Shown piece by piece: positions 24,101-36,100 of a stretch of DNA of 64,000 nt. The stretch is taken from contig OZ287750.1 in the NCBI GenBank assembly GCA_965649765.1, positions 58,652,001 to 58,716,000 on the forward strand. The letters run 5' to 3'. This DNA is from Bispira polyomma. Lineage: Eukaryota. Position numbers and translations under genes: made by a program. Every line of letters begins with the position of its first letter. Positions within the stretch are counted from its first letter, which is position 1. The notes under the pieces are model-generated. The model was given only the letters and a program-made list of their open reading frames with translations. It made no database searches and was not told the origin of the DNA.

Positions 24101-27100
24101 ATGACTGGGGTGTCCACTGGTGTCTTAGTGAGCACTGTGTCTAACAAATCATTCTGTGAAAATTTGCTGGCCTTTTTGTAATGTTTTTTGAGGTAATTGG
24201 GTGGATATCCTCTTTTTAGGTAATACCCTGTTAACTTGTAGGCATTGTCCTTAAAGTCACTGTCTAGTGTACAGATTCTCCTAAGGCGCAAATACTGACC
24301 ATATGGTCCCTTTTCAAGGACACTTTTAGGGTGGGCTGAAGTAAACTCCAGATACAAATGTGTATCAGTGGGTTTGTTATAGAGAGTTGTGATGAGTTCT
24401 CTATTAGCTCCAAATTTGACTGTTGTGTCTAGGAAGTTAATGTGGTCATGGCTATATTCTTGTGTGAATTTAATGGTTTGGTGTAGTGAATTGAGATACT
24501 CAAAGAATTGAATGAGCGTTTGTTCACCATGTGTCCAGATCATAAAGATATCATCAATAAATCTTTTCCACACTAAGGGTTTTAATGAGTAACCATTTAG
24601 TGCCTTTGTCTCAAATCTGTCCATAAAAATGTTTGCATAGTTGGGTGCTAAAGCTGTGCCCATAGCTGTCCCTCCTATCTGTAGGAAGGGGTCACCATTG
24701 AACTCAAAATTCATACTATGTAAAACCAATTTGAGGAGATCCAGTATGAACTTGGCTATGGGTGTTTTGGTTGTGTCCTTCCTTAGTTGTTCTGCTACAG
24801 CTAGTATTCCTTCCTGATTAGGAATATTGGTATACAGTGATGATACATCAAGAGTACATAGGATTGCTCCTTCTGGGATGGGGCCCAAGTCTTTTATCTT
24901 TTTGATAAAGTCCTGAGTGTCTCTGATGTATGATTTAGTGGCTGGTACATATTTTTTGATATGTTCATCAACCAATTTACTAATTACTACAGTAGGGTGG
25001 TTAACAGAACTACAGATAGGTCTACCAGGAACTCCTTTTTTATGTATTTTTGGGAGTAAGTAGAATCTACTTTCTGCGCAATTATCTGGGCTCAAGTGTT
25101 CTAAATTTTTGGCTGATATGAAGCCTTTTTGTCTCATTTGAATCAGGGTGTCTTTGACCTTTTGGCTAATGTCATTAGTGGTGTCATGGTCAAGTTGGGT
25201 GTAGAAGTTAGTGTCACCTAATTGTCTATAACCCTCTCTGAGATAGTCAGTTGTGTTCATTACTACAACTGCTGAGCCTTTGTCCGCCTTTTTAATAACA
25301 ATATTTGGGTTATTACTAAGTTCTCTAAGGCCAGTCATTTGACCTTTAGTTAGGTTGGGGTTCTTTCTGCATTTGATTTTACTTTTCAGTAATCCCAATT
25401 TAAAAGCTCTGTGGAAAACCTCTAGTGACTGATGTGTTCTAGGTGGTTTCCAACTACTTTTATCTATGAATTTTTTGTGAATTTCCTTATAGGGGTTTTC
25501 AGCTTCATCAAGGTTATTAGCCATGAAGTCCACTGAGTCCATTTCACTTTGGTCTAAGTTACTGAGGAGGTCGTTATCTTGATAGAAATGGTATTTGAGG
25601 CAAAGTCTTCTGTGGAAGTCTTTGAAATCCAACCAAATTTGTGACTTATTAGGTTGGCCTAGGGTTGGGCAGAAGGTTAGACCTTTTTGTAATGCAGAGA
25701 CTTGGTCAACACTCAGGGTCACATCTGATAGGTTTATAACAGTGTGTCCAATGAGGTTGTCCATAGTTTTGTCTTTGGGAAGAATCCCTGGAGGAGCAAT
25801 TTTGGCTTCCTCCTTAAATCTAGTAAGGATGTCTTGATAGTTATTCCTTTCCATCATTGACAATGTGGATATGGAATTGGATACTGAGGTCCAAAAGGGG
25901 CTACCGGTTGGCTCCCCTTTGTTGTCAAGGTGAGTATAATAACAATATACAAATTTAAATAAATTGTATTTTATTTATATACAAATCTTACATTAGAGTT
26001 GTATGTGTGATAAGACAAAATAAATTTATTTATTTTTTATTAGTTTGCTGAGTCCATTCAATAGGGACTGAATTTGTCTATCATTATTTTGGACATTTTT
26101 GCCCCTTCTCTGGTAGGGTGTAGGTTGTCTCCTGGGTTTCTTTGTTGGTAGACCAGGGCGCCTTTTTGGTTTTCTCTGCTTGAGAACTTTAGTGGAGGCA
26201 GCTGTTTTGTACCTCTCATTGATCAGCCTCTGATGAGATAATCCAATAAGATTTTCGAAATATATACAAAGATATAAAGGTATATATAAGGCATATTGTT
26301 AGAGAAGACAAATACACCTCTCTCTAACACACATCATATCTTTCTTAATTGCAAAGGAATTAACCTTTCACTTTTCAGGTCCTGAGCATACATGAAAAGG
26401 ATATATACTAGATGAATGAGTAACTATACCCTTTGAATTAAATTATCCTATGTACAGTTAAGAAGGTGAATCTCTTTGAAGAGTAAGTACAAAGAAGACA
26501 TTAATCTTACCTAAGTAGCTAAAAACCCTTTATCTTTATAACATGAAAGGAACTTTTTTGGGGAAAAAGTGCTCTATATATGCTATAACATTTGTGATAT
26601 ATAATGTTTTTGGTTTTACTATGTCTTTACTTAAATAAAATTTTGATATATAATGTTTTTTCTTTGGGAAAAAGGGGGCATTTGACACAACCCCTTGAAA
26701 AAAGGGGGGCAAATGGTAGCCCCTGTAAAAAAGGGGGCAAATGGTACGGGGGGCAAATGGATGGGGGGGCAAATGATATACAATCGATAGACACTTCCGT
26801 TAACTATTCATTCTGTGCAACAGGATTTTACAGTTGTTCATTTCTGATTTGGCCATCTTTCTACAAAACCTTACTAAAGCAATCGCCAAGGAGGTTATGT
26901 TTTTTGTGTTTGTTTGTTTGTTCATCACCAGGATTACATAAAAAGTACTAAACAAATCTATTTAACATTTGTTGGAAGGATGGGGGTTCGGGTCAAGGAA
27001 GAATCCATTCAATTTTGGGTCTCATAAGATTTTTTTTTTGATTTTGGGTTTAAAGTCGCTATTAAAGGTATAGGTAGAATCCAGGAACTTTGCTAACAGA

Positions 27101-30100
27101 AACTCTGCCCACAAGGGACTTTTCCCACAGATTTATATAGTATTGCAAGATAGAAATTAAAAAAAAATGAGGTGGTCAAAAACTTTGCTATGATGGACAC
27201 ATGCATACTAAAAAGGTTTAAAGTTAGTCCTACGTAAGTTGGGAAAGTTCTCAAAGAAGAGGACGTAGTTGTAAGGGTACATTAACCTCAGACATTTCTA
27301 TTCAAAATGTGATAAGTAAAAGTGAACATAGCCACAGTTGTGATGAAAACAAAGTGCAAGCAATTAAAGTCAAAACTACTATGACGGATCATGCCACAGC
27401 TACCAGAGGTAAACCATCCCAGATTGTTGCTGACAATGTAGATAATGTGCCAGTGGAAGTCAGGGCTGCACTTGGAAATATGGAATCTGTAAAACGAGTA
27501 ATCGGCAAACAGAAGAGAGGTGCACTTCCTAAGGATCCATCATCCCTCCGTGAGCTTGTGCTTAAAGAAAAGACTTAATTTGAGGGGGAAGAATTTCTGA
27601 TTCATGACAGTGGAAAATAAGCAAATAACAGGATGATGGTTTTTGCTACACCAGTTAGACTACATCACCTTGCTAGAAAACACTAAAAGAATTTCTGAAG
27701 TCTGTTGGTGCCAAGATCAGACCAAACTAAAAACATGATGTTATAATGCCAATGACTGTTTCTGAAGTCTTACAAAGTGCTGTCGACTGTTTTGATATTG
27801 TAGATATTATATACTGTTTACATTTTATTCAATAAATTTAATAAAATAATATTAACTTATTTTTATGGTTATTATTTAATATTTTATTATTATTGCGGGC
27901 AAAGTTCCTCCCCTGTAAAAAATGTTGTGGGCAAAGTTCCTTGTGGGCAAAGGTCCTGTGGGCACAGTTTCTTGTGGGCAAAGGTCCTGAGGGCAAAGTT
28001 TCTTACACCGTATAGGTCATATCACGACAGGCAGTTTTAGTGTTGGAGAAAAGCAGTTTATAACTAGTTGGTCAAGATTGTATACTGTAAACTAGCAGCC
28101 ATTGGCAAGTAACTGTCAATTTTCCTACTTTAAGCCCCGGCCGAGATTCGAGTAGATCGGAAAAGAAGGGCCTTGTTACGTTGTTAGAGGGGTACCCTCT
28201 GCTGAATGCTCTACTAGTTCATAAAGGTTTTCATCTCCATACCTACAGTTCTTTCAATTGTGGGGACTTTTCTAAGTCTGAGTCACTAGAAAAATGTCTT
28301 GCTCAAACTGACCTTGAATCCTTAATCAGAAGTCAGACATGATCTCTCGGATCAAGTTATGCAATTCTTGAGTGTTCTGAAATCCAGTGATTAAAAAATC
28401 CATTAATTTATTGATAATTTCAGAATAGGCTTGTCGACTCACTCTACTTATGTCAGTACCTTAATTCACACAAGTAGGCGATTTTATATAGGAAGTGAGT
28501 AAGTAGTTTTCACTTATTGAATTATTTAACTTTATTCACACAGTTTGTCCAGGGTTTCAACACATAGACATTTGACCTGCAGATATACTTAGTTGCAGCT
28601 GCATCACCAGCAATTTGTAATTTGTTTTGAGGCCCTGGTATTATTATAGTGATATATATAGAGTTAAAATAAGAAACAGCAACAACGTGGTTGATACATT
28701 CCATTATATGTTAGAAATAACAAGACTAAACTTACATTCTCATGTGCACGATTTGCAGCAAACGACGCACGATTTGCGATTGCTATGTTTTTTGTCTTTA
28801 TAAATTATCTTTTTTTGTTCTCATGTGTGCTACTGTGATTTGTGACATCCTATGTGCGACATCCGCATCCCATTTTTTTCACTCGCAGAACTCGGATAGT
28901 TATATCACATGCACATTTAATAGATGTTTAGAACTATTGACTTAAAGTTTCTAAACTTTTCTCCTGCCATCATTTATATGAGAACAACTGCATCTGATTT
29001 CGCGTTCGCACAGCAGCCGTCGTTTGGTGATCGTTTGGCGTCGCGTACATGGGAATATAGGCTTAGTAAAGATCTCTTGTCAGTGAGTTTATTGTCTTAA
29101 CTCTCTGAACCTAGCAAAGCCAGAGTGGGAAAAAATTGTAATAGAGTGAGTGATGTGAAGTGAAGAGAGAAGCCTAAGAAACACAGCATTGAGGGAAAGA
29201 GAGTGCCAGATAAAAAAATACCCAGTCGGTTGCCTTTAGAACCAATAAGAAAGTGTAATAAATGTGTGTCATGGTTGTCCTGTTTATCAAAAGGATTGCT
29301 ACAATCACTACCAAGCAATAAAGGTAACAGCTAAAAAGAGGGGGGGGGGAGTCCATTTAGCACTCACAAATGACAAATTAGTCCAAATATGCAGATGCAG
29401 CATTACTGTGATTGCTCCATCACGGCAAGTGTATTTTCTGTATAGGTTTTTATGCATAGCTTTTGTTAGTGACTGGTGACTGTTGAACAATAGTGTGGGT
29501 ACAAAAGTCTTAAATACCTCTGCCAAAGAGGTTATGTTTTTACTGATATCTGTGTTGGTTCGTTTGTTTGCCATGAGGGTTGCAGCAAAAATTACTAAAG
29601 CGATTTACATGAAATTTGGTAGAGGGATGGGATATGGGCCAGCGAAGATCCATTATTTTTTTACCTTTTATTACTGTGGTGTGTTGGACAAGAAATCCAT
29701 CAATAATAATAATAAAATATTGGAACAACAGAAGTTCTGATTAAAGAATTTCTATTGCGTATTAAAGTACTGATATATATAAAGAATTTCTGTTCTATTG
29801 TGTATTAAAGTACTGATATACATAAAGAATTTCTGTTTTATTGCGTATTAAAGTACAGATATACATAAAGAATTTCTGTTCTATTGCGTATTAAAGTACT
29901 GATATACATAAAGAATTTCTGTTTTATTGCGTATTAAAGTACTGATATACATAAAGAATTTCTGTTTATTGCATATTAAAGTACTGATATATATAAAAGA
30001 ATTTCTGTTCTATTGCGTATTAAAGTACTGATATACATAAAGAATTTCTGTTTTATTGCGTATTAAAGTACTGATATATATAAAGAATTTCTGTTCTATT

Positions 30101-33100
30101 GCATATTAAAGTACTGATATACACAAAGAATTTCTGTTTTATTGCGTATTAAAGTACTGATATACATAAAGAATTTCTGTTCTATTGCGTATTAAAGTAC
30201 TGATATACATAAAGAATTTCTGTTTTATTGTGTATTAAAATACTGATATACATAAAGAATTTCTGTTCTATTGCGTATTAAAGTACTGATATATATAAAG
30301 AATTTCTGTTTTATTGCGTATTAAAGTAATGATATACATAAAGAATTTCTGTTCTATTGCATATTAAAGTACTGATATACATAAAGAATTTCTGTTCTAT
30401 TGCGTATTAAAGTACTGATATATATATAAAGCTTTGTACCGATTCCCTGTGTTAAAAGGTCACATGCATTGTTTGATCAATGCATGTTTTAATATGCATA
30501 AAAGCTCAATGAATATAACATGGAGGGTGGAAACAAGACTATTAGTGCATTTGTAACAGTAAACCTGAACTGTGCTACAGTCCAGCAAATGAGTTGCTTT
30601 GTTGTTAAATTACAATCTCTTGTTGCTGATTTTATGACCTTTAAACATGTAAGAGAGGTAAAAAATATCTTTTTATTTTATTGTGGTTTAGGGTATTTTT
30701 TGTGCTCACCACTGCTATATGCAAAGTCTGGCCCTGGTAATGGCTTAAACACGTCGGAGAAACCGTATAGAAATATCTCTGGTAATTTTGTGATGACAAG
30801 TTAAAAAAAATGTGATCATTCAAAATATTTGTCAAAAAGTCATCGTGAATATACCAAGGAAATAACTGCTGTAAAACCTCTTGAACATGGAATGGGACAC
30901 ATACATTCGGTTTGGCAATTTTATTATATACATTATTACTTTTATTAGTAGAAAGACTGAAATAACAATATATAAGTCCGCATAACTTAAGGCACCCTTA
31001 AATAAAGCAGTCCTTTAATACCTTGAGGCAGTGTTAAAGCCTAGCTTACATTGAAAGTTAAGGTACAGCAAAAGGTTGCAAGTCTACAAGTGTACTATTG
31101 TACTGATGTAGGATATATATGTATTAATAAATAAACCCAAAGTGTATTTGCTTCATGTCACTAAAACTTGCCCTGTATCTGGTCATTGGCTCAGGGAAAC
31201 TGCTGTAAAACCTCTTGAACATGGAGAGGGAGAGAGGAAGATTTTGTTTGGATAATTGAAGGCTCGTCAAAAAGAAATTTTTTAACCGTTTCACTAAGTC
31301 TAGCTTCCGGGAACAGATAACAAACAGTTAAAATATATTGAGGTTATGCGGTAGTTGTTTATTACAAGTGAAATTTTATATTAATTGCCAAATCTGCTTT
31401 CTGATTACAAACAAAGATAGTCCATACTTTGTAGAATTAACTCAGTGTTTATGTTGTAGAGAAAATTTTTTTTTGATAATTGAAAGCCCGTCAGATAGAA
31501 GAGGTGTTTATGCCTTTCATTAAGTCCAGCTTCAGGAAACAAGATAACAAACAGCTAAATTATATAGAGGTTCTGCGGTACTCGTTTATTCTAAGTGAAA
31601 CTCCTATTAATTTCCGAATGTGTATCTGAGTGCAAATGAAAAATAGTAGCGTAGGGAATCTAAAATTGGCCACTGTATATGAAATTGGCCACCTAAAAAA
31701 TGTTATGTTTTGGGTTGAATTGTGGGTAATAATTGCTGAAATCAAGATTTTTGTGACTATTTCCCCTTACTTACCCAAATTCCAATGATATTTCGCCAGT
31801 TTTTATTGATTTAGCTTAAATTTTAGGGGTGGCCAATTTCAGATACAGTGGCTAATTTTAGATTTCTTACTCTACAGTAATTTGTTGAAATTTCTAGAAA
31901 TAATTCCAATTTTGAGCCTTAAGCAAGGCTATGACATGAAGGCCTTACTATGATAGAAATCTGGGGCCTCTAGTTGTTTTAGGAGTTAAGTATCAGTTTT
32001 AAGGGGTTTTTCTGCTGTAGATAATACACTTACTTGAAATGCAATTAGCTTTGGTAACCTCATCGCTTCCATTTTAGGGTAAAAGCCTCAATAGATATAT
32101 AGTTCATCAAAAAATACTGTATAAGTTGAAATTTTCACACTAGTTATTAATTTTTTAGCTATTTTGGCTAATGAGCTATTTTACAGTGAAAATTACCATT
32201 TCCAATCAACTTTATTTTAATATTTATTTTTTAATCAAAATAGCTTATGGTGAAAGTAAATATCTGGTGCAGTAATTGTGAGATATTGAAATGTTATTAT
32301 AGCTAAGGTATCTTCTTGTACAGTATTCATTATAGATAGCTGAAAAAGTAAATCTAATAGCATTCACTTTTGGTTTTTGCACGATACCCAATTCTTAAAA
32401 ATCTATTTGAAATTTAGATAAAATGGTAACAAAAATTATGTTACTATATTCTTGTGTCTACTCAATCATTTTAACCCTTTCTATGTGGACTTATTTCACC
32501 ACGATAAACAGATTGTTTGACAAAATTTTTAAGTTGCATATAATTCGAGACACTTTAAAAAAATCATTTCTGCGTGTAAATGATACAGAAGACATTTGAT
32601 TAATGAAGGAATATGGCATATATCGAATTTAGAAGGCTATCAAACAAATAAGAACCAATGAAATTAATGTTGATAGGATTTATTTGTAAACCAACAATAT
32701 AAACCTATCTGATTATAAAATAGCATGAATAGCCCATAATATTAAATATGTTTGATGTCCTTTTCCACATACACTCTACTGAAAAAGGTTAAGTTACTAG
32801 TTTCTAACTCTCATAGATTTTGGGTGGGAAACATTTGGCTGTGACTCCGATGTGAGAAAACTGTGATTGTTAGGTTTTAAGAGTGCCATGGCTTCAGAAA
32901 AAATCAGAACCCCCAAATTAGGTAACAATCTCTTAGCTATGTATTTCTTTAAATTTAGAAAATAGAATTAAACATTGTGACTTTTAGTTGTTAAGTGGGA
33001 AATTCAATTGAGGACAATTGGTTCACTAAAATTGTATAAGACACAATTTTCCCATTAAAACAGGCTTAATCGTCAAGACTGGTTTTAGATTTTGGAACAG

Positions 33101-36100
33101 ATTTATACTAGCAAGCATCCCGTGTAAAATTAGGGATTCAAGAGCATTAGTTTTCAAGGATATGACCCAACTTATTGAATCTGTACAAGTTAAGGAGGAA
33201 GTGAGTGGAGGAAGTCAACTAACTCTTCATTGATTGGGTCAGCTGTCAGAAGATTTGGTCTGTGATGTTTTCCTAATGTGTATTTGTGGCAGTTCTAATC
33301 CAGTTCTGATCAAAAGTAAAGTATAGACTGCTATGGAGAGACTTATATCATATAGCTATTGATTTGAGTCACAAAAATTGTGATTAAGGCTTTGTGCGTA
33401 GATTAATAGATTATACTTAGTATTTATAATTTTGAAGCAAAATGAATGTAAAGCTTTTACTTAATAATATAGAGATACAGTGTAGTATACATGAACTGAA
33501 GTCTAAATCGCAATTTTTTATATGGGACTGAGAAATAAGTTTTTGGAATTGGTATTTTGGGACCTAAATCAGAATGTCATTTTACTGCAATCCCTATTGC
33601 CTGCTTCCACTAACTTCTTATAGGGTTTAGTAAGTTTTAAAACTTAAGAGCACGCTTGCAAGTAACTTTTTTTAGGTAAAACATTTCCAGATTCAATTTG
33701 TATGCCATGTTACCATATCCATCTAATCAATTTAATTGCCTCATAGCTTCTAAACATAAATTTAAAAAGGGTCAACAATTCTTTTGATGGGCTAGTAACT
33801 TTCCAAAGTTACTGAACCTATGTATGGTCTACCAACTTTGCTGATGGATATCTCTTACTGGACCCAACCACCATCACTGAAGTATGCACCTGTTGCTGCT
33901 AGGTCCAGTGTAAGTGCTTTGGAGAAACAATATAGAATTTTGATGACCCTAAGAATTGCGATGTTACATTGGAACTGATAAGAATTACAAACTAATAAAT
34001 TACACAAGGCATCTCATACTGAGATTAACTGGTACTAAAGTCTCTTCAGAACTGGTAAAAAAATCATGGGGATTACAGTAGCGTAGGCCTAATGGGCAGC
34101 ACACACTAAAATAATCCAGCCATGCGGACAGAGGTTTGAAGGACAGAAACTCAACATTCACTCAAAATTAATTTTTTTAAATGTCAGCGCACTGACATTT
34201 CAGGGTTAGAACATTAATTTTTTTAGCTTACCTTGAATCATGATAAAATTTTTTTTTATATATTGTGGTTTGTATACTGAGTGTTCAGTTTTTCTAATTC
34301 GGTATGTTCTGTGTGTTATCACAGTATGAAGATCAAAACACCACAGACACAGTTCCTAGTGATGTGGTGGACCAGCTAGAGAGTCAGAGCTCTGCTTTCT
34401 ACTCCTCAGCAAACATCTGGGATGATGGAGTCATTCTACCTCGAGACACACGCAAGGTACGTCTGCTACACATGGAGTCATTTTTCCTCCACATACACAC
34501 AAGGTACGTCTGTTACTTCCAGAGTCATATTACCTCTACATACACGGAAGGTACGTCTGTTACTTACAGAGTCATATTACCTCTACATACACGCAAGGTA
34601 TGTCTGCTACTTACAGAGTCATATTACCTCTACATACACACAAGGTACGTCTGCTACTTACAGAGTCATATTATCTCTACATACACGCAAGGTATGTCTG
34701 CTACTTACAGAGTCATATTACCTCTACATACACACAAGGTACGTCTGCTACTTACAGAGTCATATTACCTCTATATACACACAAGGTATATCTGCTACTC
34801 ACACACTGTCAAATTGTTACTACTTCTAAAACTAGGAAAGCTGCCATAATGGTATAGTAGGTAGCATCAGGGTTGGCGCTAGGAATTTTTAAAGTGGGGT
34901 TTTTGGGATCCCACCTTTTATAAAAAGTGGGGTCCCGGAGTAGCTTCCATGCATCCGATAGATATTTATCATAATATCATTATAGTGACATAGAATATGA
35001 AAATTTAAGTCAAACACTACAAATTTATTATTGATACTTCTACATTCAAATATATAAATTAACACCAAACAAACCAATGTTAGCCATGAGATTTAAAAAG
35101 TTAAGTCAACACTACAAATTTGATATTTCTACATCCAAATATATAATTTAACACCAAACAAACAAATGTTACCCATGAAATTATACAAAACATCTAACAA
35201 ATCAGCTGTAGCTTAAAAAAGAAAAAAAATTCTCCCCAAAAATAAGCTGTGGCTTAGTGGTATAATTGGATAAAACAAGTCGATTGTGAAGTCTTTTTGA
35301 CCGTTAAGTTTCATAAATATAATATAAAATAAAGTTTAGATACTTGAACTGTAAAGTAAAATAAGTTGGGCAATTCGTATCACCCAGGCCCTAACAGAAT
35401 TTTAAACGAATTTCTAACGAGGTTTAGAAACTACCCATCCAAAACGCCATGACCGGAAGCACCAAATCGAAACATCGAAATCTGCCGAGACCGCTAGAAA
35501 CTGTGATTAACTTCAAAATATATAAAAATTAAAAGGGGAAAATGGCTATTTCTTACTTCTAAATAAAATCTGCGTCCTAATGGACGCATTGTATGTTTTA
35601 ATTTGCGTCCGCTTGCGAAAATTCCGCGTTTTTAGATACTCGGACGGCGTAAGCGCGAACCCTGCAGCATGTCCAACACAACCTGTATTAATGTTAAAGT
35701 TTTTTAGTACCACAGTAGTTTTTTGTGGCTTAGTAGTTAGGAAGTTGGTGTTGGTGATCAGAAGGTCCCCGGTTCGACTCCTGGTAGGGAGGAGTCGTTC
35801 TAAAAATTAGAAGGTCCCTGTATACTCCTGATTATATCATTAGTTACATTGGGAAAACATCCTTAGGCAAAAGATGAGAACATTGCCAACTGATGATGAC
35901 CCAGGTTATGTTGTAGGACACATGATTTGGTTTATTGATTTCGTTGTTGCACTTTTAGAAGATGCCTCGCATCAATAAAGCGTGTTAAAAAAAATCCTCT
36001 GTGATGCAAAGCCCAATCAAGGTTCAGTAGGGAAAGTCTTCTAACATAGTATAGGTTCTCATTAGCAAGCAATGGTGTATTTACAATTTGCTTAATGATG

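Larger units (their letters stand above)
23400..26348 (-). mobile_element. Penelope-like retroelement (Neptune-type) with inverted 5' segment
   Basis: Intact RT-EN ORF; flanked by the 15-bp direct repeat TTGCAAAGGAATTAA at 23385-23399 and 26349-26363. Confidence 0.85.
23069..26785. mobile_element. MULE-type non-autonomous element (long TIRs, 9-bp TSD) hosting a Penelope-like insertion
   Basis: TSD GATAGACAC at 23060-23068 and 26786-26794; inverted arms ~23069-23193 and ~26575-26785 built of CATTTGCCCCC repeats. Confidence 0.85.

Noticed and set aside
23069-26785. A novel TIR-bounded retroelement class
   Set aside because: The internal 15-bp direct repeat and the restorable empty site favour ordinary nesting of a PLE in a MITE; kept only as a testable co-mobilisation hypothesis.
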